Below, piece after piece: positions 23,569-37,960 of a DNA stretch of 64,000 nt (position 1 is the stretch's first letter; every line of letters begins with the position of its first letter). The notes below the pieces were generated by a model that searched no databases, was not told the origin of the DNA, and saw only the letters and a program-made list of their open reading frames with translations. The stretch is from Microthyrium microscopicum (lineage: Eukaryota). The stretch covers positions 2,185,860-2,249,859 of the forward strand of contig MU004231.1 of assembly GCA_010405405.1 (NCBI GenBank). The letters are read 5' to 3'. The position numbers and the translations under genes are program-made.

Positions 23569-24107
23569 ATGGTGATAGCGGGTGTAATGGTGTTGGATGG
23601 GAAACACTGGAAGAGGTGCTAGATTGTGATATTGGAGTTGGTGGTATGACTGGATCGGCCAACGTGCCGTTTATTGTATAGATGGATTCAATTTAATTTT
23701 CAACTTATGATTCTTGAAGCCAGACTTGTATCGTGGGAGTAGTCGCTGTCCAAGATACTGCGATCGACGAAACTATAAGACACACATCAAGCGGAGCGCA
23801 TCTCAGTGATCAGAAGGTTATCAGCACACAAACTACTCAAGAACGATGTATTGGAATGAAGTCAGAAGCTTTGTTCGGCCAAGGTGGAAACTCAACTGAT
23901 AGTATTCCTTCAAGGTTGTATGTATGCACAAATAAACAACGCCAGCCTATGCGTACACCCACAAATAATCGCATATTCTTCAACGGGTGCATTCGTTCTT
24001 AGGGGGCATTATTTTTGGCTGCTCAGCAGGCGCTTGAAAATCTCAGAAGTAAACAATCTCCCTCTCAAATCTTTACAGGTATCCGCCGGTGTTGTCTCTA
24101 GTAGTAA

Positions 24108-24131
24108 TACTCGTACTCGTACTCGTACTCG
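24108..24131. repeat. (TACTCG)x4 microsatellite just downstream of the MAPKK stop
   Basis: Directly visible. Confidence 0.9.
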
Positions 24132-24166
24132 TGCACGTCAAGGTCTTCAAGGTCTGGTTGCTGCAT

Positions 24167-25563
24167 CTAGTAGCCAGGTCGACCATTCATGCCTGTGTGG
24201 CTCGAGGTTCGTGCTGGAAAAGGCCGCTGACCGTCAATAGACATATTCTCCATTCGTTGAGTGATATCTGGTGTTGGCGTTTTCACGCCGTTGAGCAGAC
24301 CGGATGTGACGTCGGGGGTTTGGGTAACGAGATGAGATTGTCGGTTTTGCTTGACCATCATTGACGTGGTCCATGCTTCGAGATCCACCGGTGTGCGTTT
24401 GGAAGCCTGGATGAAGGGGTCGGTTTCCTATTTTAATTAGCATTCATATTGGAGAAGGGACTCGATATCCAAAACTTACGAAAAGTTCTTGTGGGGTTGG
24501 TCGTTCAGCAGGATCCTTCTTTAGACATTTGTCGAGAATATGATGTAGAATCTCGGGGAAAGCATCGCTTTGAGGTAGTTGTGGACTAGGCTCATGTACA
24601 ATCTGTTGCAGAAGATCCAGAATACCTTGGGGACCGCCAGCATCTTCATCATCATCATCCGGGTCCTTGTCGGAATGAAGTGGGAACTTTCCAATGGCAA
24701 GCTCCATGAGGGTAAGACCTACACTCCATACATCGGATTTGACTGTGTATTGCGCGCCTTGAATTCGTTCTGGGGCCATGTATGTACCAGTACCGACAAA
24801 AGTATCAGCAACCGAGCCTTCCAATTCAGACGAAACGCCGAAATCACAGAGCTTGATTTGTCCGCGAGAGTTTACGAGAACATTCGAAGGCTTGATGTCG
24901 CGATGCATGATTCGATGGTTCTGCCATAGGTATGTAAGACCACCGAACACGGATTCTGCAATCTTTCCTAGGACGTCGACTCGAACTGGACCGAATTTCT
25001 TGGATACGGAGTCGAGAGAACTATTATAGAGATTAGATGTGATCCAGAGATTGCGAGAATGAACCAGCTTACCCGCAATCCATGTATTCCATGACCATAA
25101 TGACATCTCCTCCATCGTTCATGAATGCACCGAAAAAGCTGACAATGTTGGGTGAATTACACTCATGCATAATCTGTAATTCTCGGACGATTCGTCTCCG
25201 TATTTCCTTCTTGGCCTCGACGTGGATGATCTGTGTCGATGGTCAGTATTGAGTTTTGCGCGCGATGGGCTATCGGAGTCCAACCTTTCTCGCCATGATC
25301 ACTTTGGTGGCCACATGTTGAACCTTGCTCACGGTTCCACCATTACCAGCACCAAGTTCTTTGAGAACGATGAGATCCTCGCTTTTTATATCAAGCTTGA
25401 ACTCAACGCCAATCTCAAGTGTATCTTCGCGATCGTTGTTTCCAAGAGCTCCAGGGACTTGGGCATCGCTAGCGGAAGGAGCAACGGGTTTGGGGGCAGC
25501 ATTGAGAGCGAGCCCAAGCTTGTTCTTCCGCTTCATAGTCTTGGTTTTGAATGAGTCGGCCAT
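24167..25563 (-). CDS. STE7: MAP kinase kinase of the Ste7/Mst7/Fuz7 type
   Basis: N-terminal docking motif MKRKNKLGLAL, LEIGVEFKLD, ELGAGNGGTV, HRDIKPSN, DFGVS, SVADTFVGTGTYMAPERIQG; four exons. Confidence 0.93.
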
Positions 25564-27412
25564 GTTTACGGCTTTAGGGGAGTGTGCGACTGGAGGGAAA
25601 AGCGAATGCAGGCCCTGAACAGGGAGGGGCGCAGCGGGGCGAGATGGCAGCGGTTGACTCAGGGGTTTGGGAGAGGAAACCGGGGAGTGGTATAGATGAA
25701 GATTGAGGGGCGTTTGGGCGTTTAGTAGAAAGCAAGAAGAGAGGTGATGGGGTATTCAGAAGATATGGAGAACAATGGTGTGTGTTGGGTTAGTAGTAGT
25801 ACTTAGGTATCTTGATGCAGGCGAAGTGGATGGTTGGAGACGGGGCTTGGTGGAGTGCTGGACACTGCAGCTCGCGTTGGGCCTGAACCTTCACTTTCTC
25901 TCCCAGATTCCACATCGAAATATCAATCAGCTTTATTGTTTTCTCAATAAACCATCAATCAATTTTCCTTCTGCCTATTCCTCATTTACAAATCAAAGTC
26001 CCGGCGGGTCAATTGCCCGTATACTGACAGCTAGGTGCGGATGCGCCTCCTGCCAGTTGGGCGGCAAAATGACCCTTTATCGACCAGTGCTGTCAAGCTC
26101 ATCCATTTCTATCAATTACTATTCGCTGCCTCTTGACCATCTTGCGCCAAAGGATCGTGCTTGATATTTTTGTCTTGCCTCATAGTCCGTATCCGGTATA
26201 GCAAGTCTATCAGCCCCAGAGAGCGCATCCAGCTTTAGTCCCAACAAACCACTAACGACATCATACATCGCGACTTATTTTACGCAGATTCTTGATAACA
26301 TGCTGGTTTACCAAGACTATATCATCTCTGTGCGTACAGAGGTACCAACAAGACAGGCGGTGCTGTATCCGATGATCCAAACCCCAGTATTTTGTGCTTC
26401 ACCTGTGTTTGGGAATTGGCCCTTCACTAACTGCCAGTGTCCACCTACCGTACGGTACTGCCACTCATGCCTCACTGGTTATGGCCCTGCATCACTTCCC
26501 TTTCCGTTCGCCTATTTCCGTCTACAGTCGCTTAACTGCCCGAATAGAATCGTCATTGCCTGTTGTGCCCCTATTTGAGGTTCCAGCCGTCTGGTACAGC
26601 ATGCCAGCACCGAAATCGCAGTTGTAATCAGACACGTCCCACAGCGCTCTGGATAATGCTTTCTTCACCTTTGGATCTTGATATGTTCTCAAGTTCAAAC
26701 CAAATTTTGATGGCATTTGACTGGAGTATCGGCCACGTCTTAGGCACTGTCAGTTCGGCGTACTTGCAAATACAAGAAGACAGCAGCCAATACTGTGAGT
26801 CGCCCTTAGCCAAAGACTTGAAAATAGCCACAGGATTGAAGTTGCTTCACGTATACCCTTGGAGCTCAAGGAAGGAGCAGCCTAATGGCGACTCGTGTCT
26901 GCCTGCGAAAATATCATTGAGTTCGAAATCTAGTCAAGCTAAAACAATAGACAAAAGTTTGGACCCTGAAATAACAGGTTCGCGACATGTAACAGCCGGT
27001 TGATCGCTACAAGGATGAAGGTTCATCGAACTAATATACTTGTAGGTTGGAAATAGGCGATGGACCAATTTCCAAATTCTATATCTCAACCACAAAGTTC
27101 CAGAACCAATTTATCTGCAAATTCCAAAACCAAATGCCACGAATACTTACGGTAAGATGTACTCTGTAGGGTCTGAACGAATGGCACGCTTGTTCGTTGG
27201 TGCCCTTCTGCCACTGAAATTAGACTCGATCAAGGATGATTTATGGTAGAGCGTGGTACCACTTTTGGAGGTGGCAATATCTTTCTCTCCTCCTAGAGAA
27301 CTTCAGTCTGAACATTATGCGCAAGAGCTTGGTATAAATTTGAAGGAGTAACAGGTCGAATACGTGATAGGTATGAAGCTAGTCACTCACTTTTAGACAT
27401 ACGGCCGTCGCG

Positions 27413-29897
27413 ATGAAGGGGAAATGGAGTTGTTCGTTTCTTGGTGCCCTGCCTATATTTCTGGTTAGTATGATATTTACAACTTCATTACCGAGCACGA
27501 GCATATCATACTAACAATTTCTTATAGTTGGTTGTCGGTGACATGACTGCGGAAGCCCGAAATATAAGACGAAATGTCACTATAGGGACTGGAGGTACAG
27601 ATAGTGCCAATGAACAAGCTTGTCAGAAACCGGTGGCTAGAGAAACTGCCATTGCAAACATATTCAAGCCCATCGACAATATAGCACCACGCTTTGCAAC
27701 GCAGCAAACACATCCATTCAGAGTCGAAGGATACCACCGGAACAATGTGCCAATTCATACCAACAAGTTTTATGTAAACCTCCTGCTAGATAAGCAAGAC
27801 AAACCCGTCTACTGCCATCCCTATACAGTTGCATGGACAGGATGTACGAAAGAGAATGCGAAGGAGAACAACTGCCACTATGGCATGGGCGTCACCCAGA
27901 CAGATATTGGCGATGTCAAGTACGGACCCGGCGAACCTGCTCAGTATTACTTCAATCCTATCGACAAACATGCAATCGCACTTTCAGCAAAAGAGCTAGG
28001 GGAAGACTCACAGATGACTCTTGAGAACCCAACGGCTTTCAGCGTCACAGCAGTGCTCTCATCGCCAGCCAACAAGAAGCCCATCATCAAAACAAACCTA
28101 GTTCAAGGAATGGGCTTTGTCACTGTAGAATATTACAACTCCACGCCCATGATACAGTCTGGAATCGGAATCAAAAGTCTAACACCTGGAGATACAGTAG
28201 CAGGCCCAGGGTTTTCTAAAATAATCGCAACTCTTGAAGACAAGACTCAATGGGTGATCTACATCATCTCGTCATCCTCCTCCACACAGCCTTCCCGCCC
28301 GATGTTCACCAAACAGGGCAATAACACTTACGTGGGAAAGCCAAACTTCCATGGCATAATACAACTCGCCAAGATTCCCCTAGACTGGACCAATACTCAA
28401 GAATATGATAAGCTGGCAGGATCATACGCAATGGGTGCTACTTTATCTGCCTCTGTCAATCGCAATGCGGGTGCATACACTATATCATGGCAGAAAGGCG
28501 GCATTGCGAATCGCCCATTGCTCATGTTTGCTCTGCCACATCATGTGCAATCCATGTCCCCAGAGTCTAGGAAACGACTTACCACCATACGGCTGCGGAC
28601 TACCACCAAGGGAATGGCGCAAGGCTTGATAGGTGACAGCATGAGTCTCACAGAAGACAGGCTACCGCATGATGTACATTACCGACCCTGGTCTCAGATA
28701 GGTCAAGCGCGAGGTTGTAGTTTGAATCGGACAACCAAAGACTTCATAGCGAAGGTTGCTCGTACTGAGATACAGACTGGTATAACGAAGCGTTTGGCAA
28801 CGGAGCCGAGTATATACTGGGCCGGGAAGGTATGAAACTCATGACCACCGAAGTAATGTGACTAAACTTGACAGATTATGGGCGGTTATGCCTCATTGGT
28901 ACGCGCCACAGCAGACTTCCTCCAAGATCGACAGCTCTTAGACGAAGGTCTCAAACAACTCAAAACATCCCTTGGAGTCTGGATCTCTGGCCGACAACCT
29001 TACCCAATGGTGTATGAAAGCACATGGGGCGGTATCATAACCGGCTGGGCAAATCGCGCAAACGATATCCGAGTAGATTATGGTAACGCTTTATACAATG
29101 ACCACAACTTCCACTACGGATACTTTGTGTATACTGCAGCCGTTATTGCATCCTTGGATCCATCTTGGCTCAACGCTGAAAACAAAGCTTGGGTTAACTC
29201 GCTGATTCGCGACTATGCCAATCCAGTGGACGATAAATACTTCCCATTCTCTCGTTCATTCGACTGGTACCATGGCCACTCGTGGGCAACGGGTCTGGAT
29301 AACTTTGCAGATGGAAAGAGCGAGGAATCATCTTCGGAAGATGCCTTTTCGCTGTTCGCTATCAAACTATGGGGTGAAGCGACTCGAGACCATGAAACAG
29401 AGGCGCGTGCAAGTCTTCAGCTGGCTATTCTCAAAAGGAGCATTAGCAACTATTTCCTCATGGAAAAAAACAATATCAACCACCCGGCAAGCTTCGTTCC
29501 TAATAAGGTTGTTGGCATAGTAAGTAGAGCTCCAAAACTTCATGCACGATATCTAACATAATGCTAGCTGTTTGAGAACAAAGTAGACCATGCTACCTGG
29601 TTTGGCAGAAACCCGGAGTACATTCATGGAATCCACATGCTTCCTATGACGCCCATCTCTGGCTATATTCGATCCAAAGACTTTGACATCGAAGAGTGGC
29701 AGCAAAAGACCAATCCAAACACGTTTCGACCAAAAGATAAAGTATGGACGGGCATCCTCAGAGCAATGCAGGCAAATCATGACCCTCATGGAAGCTACAA
29801 GTTCTTTGCATCATCGGATTTCGATAATACGCTTTTACAGCAGGGAGAAAGCCGTGCCTATTATTTGATGTATAGTGCTATTCTAGCAGGTTTCTAG
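27413..29897 (+). CDS. Secreted GH81 endo-1,3-beta-glucanase
   Basis: Signal peptide across the first intron; PIHTNKFY, LVQGMGFVT, FALPHH, YNDHNFHYGY, FDWYHGHSWA, KSEESSSED, FENKVDHATWFG, HGIHMLP. Confidence 0.93.
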
Positions 29898-30155
29898 AAA
29901 GTGGTGCTATGAAATGAGACCGTGGTTAGCACTAAGGCAGCATCGTAACTCCATTCCATATATCAACCATGGTTTAGAGAACCACCAAAGTGCAGTACCA
30001 TTGTTCTTCGAAAGCAATTTGGTACAAGTACTCGAGGCGACTGGACAACTTCTGGACTTTCCCCAACTTTCTTCTCTCTACTTTTCGACAAGAAAACATT
30101 CAGTCAAATCACACATCACGACTTTTCAAGTCAACTCCCTCGAACATCAAACAAA

Positions 30156-30866
30156 ATGGGCGACAATATCATGCATAGCCCAGATCTCTCCGATATCGAA
30201 CAGCCTGTGGAAGTCATCCAGCTAGCAACCACAGTCCCGAACACCTCTATTGCAGACTACTTTCATAGGGCTTCTACTGACGCTGAAGAAGATGCCATTA
30301 TTGAACAATACTTCAAAAAGTGGAACGAAGATAAGAAGAACAGTCAAATGATCGACAGCCCATCTGAGTCTGAAGAGGAAGACCCCTCAGCTGAAATCGA
30401 CTATTTCGACGGCAAGCACTGCTTCAGAAATGGCAGATTCACGACGTCTGAACCGCGGGAGTTCTGGAAAATGTGTGAAAGGAGACACGCAAGGTATCTG
30501 GAGAAAGAACTCGCCAAGCACAACGCGGAACCCACTGACCCCGAGGTTATTCAATTCTATGCTTCTCAAAAGCGCCGCAGTACAAGGCTGCGCCGTCAAC
30601 TGCAGAATTCTGCTCCCCAACTACCTGAACACGAGAGGATCAAAGTGCTCAAGAAGCAGTTGGATGTCAAGTCGCTGAAAGAGATCCGAAAGAAGGAAGA
30701 GGGTAAGAGACTGGCTGAAGGACGACATGCTATCAACAAGCGCATGCCTGGACAGTACAAGGGCGAGGTTTCGGAACTAGAACGCAAAATGGCGGAGAAA
30801 CGTAGGGAAAAGAACCGCAATAAGAACAATAAACATGGAAGCTGGGTGAAGGGTGGAGGCTATTGA
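30156..30866 (+). CDS. Hypothetical protein (acidic N-half, basic coiled-coil C-half)
   Basis: 236-aa uninterrupted ORF with good start context (ACAAAATGG); no recognised domain. Confidence 0.65.
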   Translation: MGDNIMHSPDLSDIEQPVEVIQLATTVPNTSIADYFHRASTDAEEDAIIEQYFKKWNEDKKNSQMIDSPSESEEEDPSAEIDYFDGKHCFRNGRFTTSEPREFWKMCERRHARYLEKELAKHNAEPTDPEVIQFYASQKRRSTRLRRQLQNSAPQLPEHERIKVLKKQLDVKSLKEIRKKEEGKRLAEGRHAINKRMPGQYKGEVSELERKMAEKRREKNRNKNNKHGSWVKGGGY

Positions 30867-31616
30867 GTCTCATCTTGTTCAAACATTCCTCGGATTGGTA
30901 ACTATTACCGTCCTTACCATGGCACGCAACGTACGGAAACGGTGAAGGTACCGAGTTTTTGTATTTTCGAAGGCTATTACATTGGACATTGGGGCTTATG
31001 TGGAATGGCATGTGTTGTTTATAAGGATATAAATATTTTATAGAAAAGCTAGGTATCTAATGATATATCCAATTGCGTAAAGTCTTTCGACTGAGTCTGG
31101 CAAAATATCCAACTGTATCTACTGAATAATGTCGACTGGTGTTCAAGTTTCGAGATTCATAGAGATATCGAAATAACCACAGCCATATGCGGGCATTTGG
31201 AAGACTGAGCTACATCTGGGTCAGAATATCATGGAAGATAATACCTATTAAATCGCATTGCAACCTGACGGAATTGATTCTAAGTGTGGTACCTTGAGAT
31301 TGGCACAAGACTTAGCCTACCGGAATGTGATTTTTACCTGTATCCGCAGGCTATGTAACCATGGTCATTGACTAAACATACTTCAGTATACCGATAAGTG
31401 TACTGGAGAAAATGATATATTATATAAATAGATTGCAGCTGGTATGCCTTGATCAGGGTCCAGGTTCATTGTAGTGGAATACTCGAATGAATCGTTGCTG
31501 CTGTGATTATATATAATCCTAATTTGAATATTGCCTATGGGTCATAGTATCGAAGAGTACTCCTGCTCTTGGGGACGTAAATCACACTAATAATTAATTG
31601 GTCGATCTCTCTAGAG

Positions 31617-32179
31617 TTACAATCCAATTAGCTCTGGCAGTTTACAAGGCCCTTTGTAGAGAACTGCATGTTCTGGTAAATCTCCTAGTATTGGAAACTG
31701 CGCAATGACTGTTTGATCTTTGGCTGGAAAGTCGGTAATATGGCCCGACTTGGAGGTGTTTTTGAGATCGGCTGCAATCAACAGTCCATACTGGCCTCCT
31801 TGCAACCATGCCTCGTGCTTCGAATTTGGCAGCGTAATATGTACAAGCCCAGATAGGACCAAGGAATACCTGCTTAGTTTAGACTAGAACAGCTTTTCGA
31901 TGATAACTGAACAGCTTACTGGTAGGTTCGGGCCCATGCTTGACCAATATATGTTTGAGGCGGAAGCACTCCAATAAAGGCACCTTCAAAATTTCCAATT
32001 GGATAGTTCGCAGCACCGGCAAAGTCGCCAGGGGGTGAAAACAGATTCCAGCATTCTAGAGTCGATTCCCCATTGGCGGCCGATATTGCAGTGATGTTCA
32101 GTCCTTGTTCAGCTCCACTTCCAGCGAAGAAGGATAAAAATGCTAGGAGTGAGATGATGTATGAGCACCTACAGAACAT
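31617..32179 (-). CDS. Small secreted cupin-like protein
   Basis: Signal peptide, LNITAISAANGESTLECW, one intron, LVLSGLVHITLP, GGQYGLLIAAD, GHITDFP; pattern typical of a fungal small secreted protein family. Confidence 0.8.
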
Positions 32180-33381
32180 ATTGAGAGTAGGGTTGCGTTG
32201 TGTCTATTTGCTTGCTGAGTTGATAAGGTGAAGCGGAGTGGAGTTTTGAACTCAAGTACGTCAGTTCCTTGTCGGGGCGGTGAAAGGACGATCCGAATGA
32301 GAGATCATTTCTCGTGCATGCGCTTGGTGGCGCATTTGCGTGCAACGCAAGAACAACGCACATGTAACTACCTCCTATGGTGAAGCACTTGCATCCACCC
32401 GGCCCTCTTAATAGCATCCTGAGGATTACCAATTAACGGTCAGTAAAATTGGAATTTGCGTCGGGCCGTTGGAACGATATCTTTAAGACAGACCACGGGT
32501 CGACAAAATGAATGGCGTGCATTCATCAACTGTGATGTGTACCATCGCATTTCAAGAAAGATGATTACTTCATTTTCCAGCGCATTGAATGAACACCGAA
32601 GAAGCTAAGACTGCAATTGATAATAGAAGGCGATATAGGAGAGCCAGTGTCCATCAGGCTGCGCTAGCTTAATTTGGTGCAGCGCCATCAGAAAGGCCAA
32701 TGATACTCCGTAGAGCGGAACTGCAGGGCAAAAGTAAAGCATTTCAAGGTTGATACAGCCGACTAGATGCGCTGTGCAGCTCAAATGTAAATTGAAGGCA
32801 TCGAATATCAGGCAAAGATACGTCCTGCAGTTCAAGATCTTGGGCAGATAAAGTAGATTGCCAAGTTCGGCTGAACTTAGCATCAGGTCCTTGGATTTGA
32901 AGCACGTCATCCGTGTCAAAGGTCCAAGATGTAAGCCTTCCAATCTAGAAGTTGGAGGAATTTGTCGCGAGATGCAAGTGCTTCAACAATCAAACTCGGG
33001 ATTGATGAAGATTGAAGATGAAGTGAAGTTGGAGGATGAAACAGAAAAAGTAGAGACAGTCGCCAGTCATGTCTGACAAAGACACCCAAGTGAGACTAGC
33101 GCCTCCCCACCCTAAGCAGATGCAATCCTCCCTGACACGCCTGAGTCCCTCTACAGCTCTCAATCTCTCGGTCTTGTATGGCCAGCTTCAACACATTTCC
33201 ACTCGGTCCCATTGCTTCATTATATTCCCCAACCACTTGTCTTCTTCTTACTTCCTAGTCCGTTACTCTAGCCTCCAAGTGACATGAGCCTCATGTCCCA
33301 ATGACCCCAGCGTCCATGACCTAATCCCAGCGCGGGGCCTCTTCCTTCAGCGTAGAACCACTACCTCCTCCTGCGTCCACG

Positions 33382-36300
33382 ATGTTTAATAATTTGTCTT
33401 CTTTTGTCCAAAAGGCACAGCAGTTGATTGATCCTAATCTTCTGTCCTCTTCTACCAACAATCCCTCCAAATCGTCCCTCTTCCGCCAGCAGTTTCGTCT
33501 CCCCGAATCACAGTCCCCGTCGCAAGAGATCCTTGCCGAGCTTACCCTCTCCCGACATGGCTCTACAAATAGCGTTGATGGATCCAAGGAGGATCGTGAT
33601 AGAGAAAGGAGCCAAGGTTCGAGGTATAGTGGCAGGCTGTTTTTGAGCGAACATTATATGTGCTTTTCAACACAAGGGTCCAGCTTTGTGAGCACCGCAA
33701 CTTTTGCCAGTTCCAATTCATTCAATGGAGAGACACACGGTACCGGGCCAGCATCAAATGGATTCACCCTTCCACTTTCCGCGGTCCGGCGAGTGGAACG
33801 TTTACCTTCACAAACAAACCTCTTTGCTTTGGCCATTACAACATCCAATGGATTCAGCTCTGGACGTCCGAAAGCTTCCGATGACGAGCTGCAGAAGCTG
33901 ACTATCCAGCTACTTGGAAGTCGGCAACAATGTGAACGTTTCTGTGATGCTCTAAAGAAAGGGCTCAGGTCTGGCATGAAGACGACAGACAATCTTCGTA
34001 AGGTGGTTTCCTTGTGCTATTCCGAGTACCACTTGGCCGAAGATTCGAGCAAGGAACATAAAGAGAGAGAACCACCAGACACGGGACTTGGTACTCTTTT
34101 CAAGTACCCCGGAGATGCCAGGAAGCTTAGAGACAAAGCGAAAATGCGACTGTGGAAGGAGTACCTCCGGGAGAGTGGCAGGAACGCATGTCTCGTAAGA
34201 CAGCCAACCTTCCACAAATTGATCAGAGTTGGTCTTCCAAATCGGTTGAGAGGTGAGATCTGGGAGATGTCTTCCGGTTCATTTTATCTCCGCCTTCAAA
34301 ATCCAGATCTCTACACTGAGACTCTGGCAAAACACTCAGGAAAGCCATCTTTAGCAATCGACGAGATTGAAAAGGATCTCAATCGGAGTCTTCCAGAATA
34401 TCCAGCCTACCAGAGTGAGGAGGGTATCGGTCGGTTACGACGAGTTCTTACGGCGTACAGCTGGACAAATGAAGAAGTCGGATATTGTCAAGCCATGAAT
34501 ATCGTGGTTGCTGCTATTCTCATCTACATGTCAGAAGAACAGGCTTTCTTTCTACTCAATGTGCTTTGTGAACAACTGGTACCTGGATACTACTCGACGA
34601 CAATGTACGGCACCCTACTGGATCAGAAAGTGTTTGAGTCGCTGGTGGAAAAGACGATGCCAATACTATGGGATCATCTACAAAAGTCCGACGTCCAACT
34701 TTCTGTTGTCTCACTTCCCTGGTTTCTTTCCCTCTATATCAATTCCATGCCACTAATATTCGCATTCCGGGTTCTAGATGTTTTCTTCCTGGAAGGCCCC
34801 AAAGTACTATTCCAGATGGGTCTTGCTATTCTCAGGATCAATGGTGAGGAACTACTAGATGCTCATGACGACGGTGCGTTTATCTCAGTACTTAAGACGT
34901 ATTTCAGCAGGCTGGATGAGTCAGCCCATCCAAAGTCGGAGAATCCAAAGCTTCGAGCAGTTACACGATTCCAGGAGCTCATGGTCGTCGCATTCAAAGA
35001 ATTTGCTGGCATCACGCAGCAAACCATCTCTGACCAGCGCGCAAAGCATAAGGATGCAGTTTTGAATAATATCGAACACTTCACCAAGCGAACATCAATT
35101 CGTAATCTTGGCCCAGAGAGCAAGAAACTAAGCGCAAATGACCTAGGATTCTTGTATGACAGATTTTATGGCGTTCTTTACGATCGTCAACAACGGAAAC
35201 TTCTCATTGAGCAAGAAAATGACAGAAGAGCCAAGGCCGGCCGAGCAAAGATTTCCGATATCATGCCTCAAATGTCAGACGACAATGCTATTGAGGTGGG
35301 GCGTGTTGCATTGGGTTCCAGTGATACTCAAATGGACTACGATGCATTCAGAGAGTTTCTAGCAGGTTAGAATGACACGTCTTTCTTCCCAAATTTCGAA
35401 CTAACGTGTATACAGGCATCGCCCCATGGTCGCTATCTGATAATCCAGCCTCTCCGTGGGACAAGGAGAAGCAACAATCTTATTTTGGAAACAGCATGAG
35501 GAACCGAAGCGTTTCTCTTACACCGTGGGGCTCAGGACCAGAGCCGGATGATCACGAATTCATGAGACGACTGTTTCGCCAATGGGACTCGGAGCACCAA
35601 AAGTATCTAACCTTGCAAAACCTCGTCGCTGGCTTTTCTCACGTCAAAGGGACTCGCGATATAATGAGTAACATCGCATATTTTTTCGACCTCTATGATG
35701 ACGACGGGGACGGTAAGATTGACAGAGATGGCATTTTGAAAATGTCTGAGGCCTTTTTGTTCCTAGGACGCAAGGGCCTCGACATACCTGAGCTCCAATC
35801 GTCTAGTGGCACGCCAAAGAAGTCTGAGAGCACTGTTGTGCTGAGCAAAGATGAACAATTCCTTAGTGCGGTCTCTTCGTTCATCAAGAGAGCTTTCGAG
35901 TATGCCGATCCAGACTCACAAATGAATATGACAATGAAACGTCAAAACACGGCGGACAATGTCACTAAGTCAATGGACCAATTTGCCATTGGAGACGACG
36001 ACGAGGATGATCTAGTAGATCTCGAAGAGTCTAAACCAGTCTCACCGGTTAAGCTCAAGTCTACTGCTGCAGAAGCAGAAGGCGAGGTCGTCAAATTACC
36101 CCCTGTCCCATCTGAAGACAAACCACATACCCACGCCGCAAACGCAGCTCTCGATCCCGCCAAGCCACTCTTCATCTCCCTCCCAACCTTCCGCATGGTC
36201 ATCCTCGCCGATGAAGTCCTCGAAAGCTTCTTTGATACTGGCTTTGCTAACACCTTCCTCCTCGCGGACTCCCCCATACCTTCTTCTGCCTCGGCCATGG

Positions 36301-36749
36301 CCAGTCTCACTACCTTCACCAACCTTGGCCGCGCCTCCCCCGCCACCGTTGCACAACATCCAGGCATCATCCTGCCACCTACCAAAGGCCTGCGAGGTAT
36401 GCTGGATAATATCGTTAACGACGGTATGCGTGTGGCACACGAGGTGCGGCGTCGAATGGAAGATGCGCAGCGGGAGTTGGACCGAGCTAGTGCAGCTGGT
36501 GCTTCGCCAGATGAAGAGGATGACGATGACCATGACGAACATGATGAGAAGATGTCTAGCCATATGGATCCGGATAGACGGAGTGTGCTATCAACGGATC
36601 GTGATCTGCTGGAAACGGCCGAGGCAGAAGGTGTGGACAGTGGTAGCGGTCGTGCGAATAGTGTCAGAGGGACCAGTTTACTGGATGAGCCGATTGGAGA
36701 AAAGAAAGAAGGGGAGCAGTCGGCCAAGGTTGTGGAATTTGAGAGATGA
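33382..36749 (+). CDS. Rab GTPase-activating protein, GRAM + TBC + EF-hand (Gyp2/Mdr1-like)
   Basis: FRQQFRLP..GRLFLSEHYMCF (GRAM), GLPNRLRGEIW, IEKDLNRS, GYCQAMN (R and Q fingers), DDDGDGKIDRDG EF-hand; one intron near 35365-35415. Confidence 0.93.
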
Positions 36750-37408
36750 TTGGGTAGAAAGCTTATTGCTAGATATGATATTATGCTTCATGATGCTCCG
36801 CATGACTGTTTGCTGCTCTTGATTTATGGCAGCGCCAACTAGGTCGACAAGTTTGAGAGAGATTCATTAAGATAGAGATAGGTACGTTCGCATGTTGTCA
36901 TCTCATTGATCTAATACTAATCCACATGCTAGATTTGATCCCTGCTATAGTATCGCGATATTTCGAAGTTCGAGACAATCTGCCAGCCAATCTCACTCGT
37001 GGTACATAGTGGTGCTAGTAGTCCCAATAGTTCACGCTGATATTCACGGCGAATAGAACCGAGCCTAGCAATACTAAGATCTTACCTCCACGATCTAGTC
37101 CAAGTCAAGTAACCGATAAGACCTTGAGATATGCAACACACTCTCAGATATCCGGAATCGTCCCAACAAAGTTGATGGCTCCGCCAATGTGACTAAGCCG
37201 AGTAGCGAATCATAGAGAATAGTAGCCATGTAAGTAGTTAGCGGGAGCAGACGATACATTTTCCATATCTATTGGTACACTATAATATCCTTCTTTGGAC
37301 CTGAATGCCATTTTATGGTACGATTCAAATGGTCAGCACAAGCTCATATAGTCCACACTGGCCGACTGATACATGCTTTTCCTATTCTCTGCACCACCTT
37401 TACACATC

Positions 37409-37960
37409 ATGCCACAGAAGCCTTATCATCCTATACTTGCAACACCTGCTCCGAACGATAGTTCGCCTACAGTCACGAATTTCTCGAGATCCACGTCTAC
37501 CTCCTCTTCCTCGCATACACCACTCCATACTCCAGCATCCAGCCCAAGTCGTAATCGAACGATGTCTGCTCGTACTAGCACGCCTGAAACAGAACCAAAA
37601 AGAGTTCACACGGTCATCCGAATCGGTCGTGTGTTGGAAAAGATCTACAATAATGACTACGAACCCGAGTGTCTTTTCGTTGGACTGATCGTTGTTTCCT
37701 TCAACACTTGGTCTTGGTTTTTCTCTCTTCCTTCTACTGCTATTTTGGCTGGAGACCATCTCGCATTTCGAACACTTCTTTTTACGGCAGTCACCATCGG
37801 AATTACAGTCGGCATGCTGGCATGTGTACCAGTGCTTGTAATAGTAAGTTATCTGATCATACGACGTAACCTCTCTGGCATTGACTCAAGCAAGCGGTGC
37901 GAAGGGATCTTCGCATCGATCGCGAGATCTGCCATACCACTTCTTGTGGGGGCTTTTTGA
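37409..37960 (+). CDS. Small membrane protein, tandem family copy 1
   Basis: IGRVLEKIYNNDYEPECLF motif, two hydrophobic segments, stop-free 51-nt intron candidate 37844-37894. Confidence 0.6.
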   Translation: MPQKPYHPILATPAPNDSSPTVTNFSRSTSTSSSSHTPLHTPASSPSRNRTMSARTSTPETEPKRVHTVIRIGRVLEKIYNNDYEPECLFVGLIVVSFNTWSWFFSLPSTAILAGDHLAFRTLLFTAVTIGITVGMLACVPVLVIVSYLIIRRNLSGIDSSKRCEGIFASIARSAIPLLVGAF

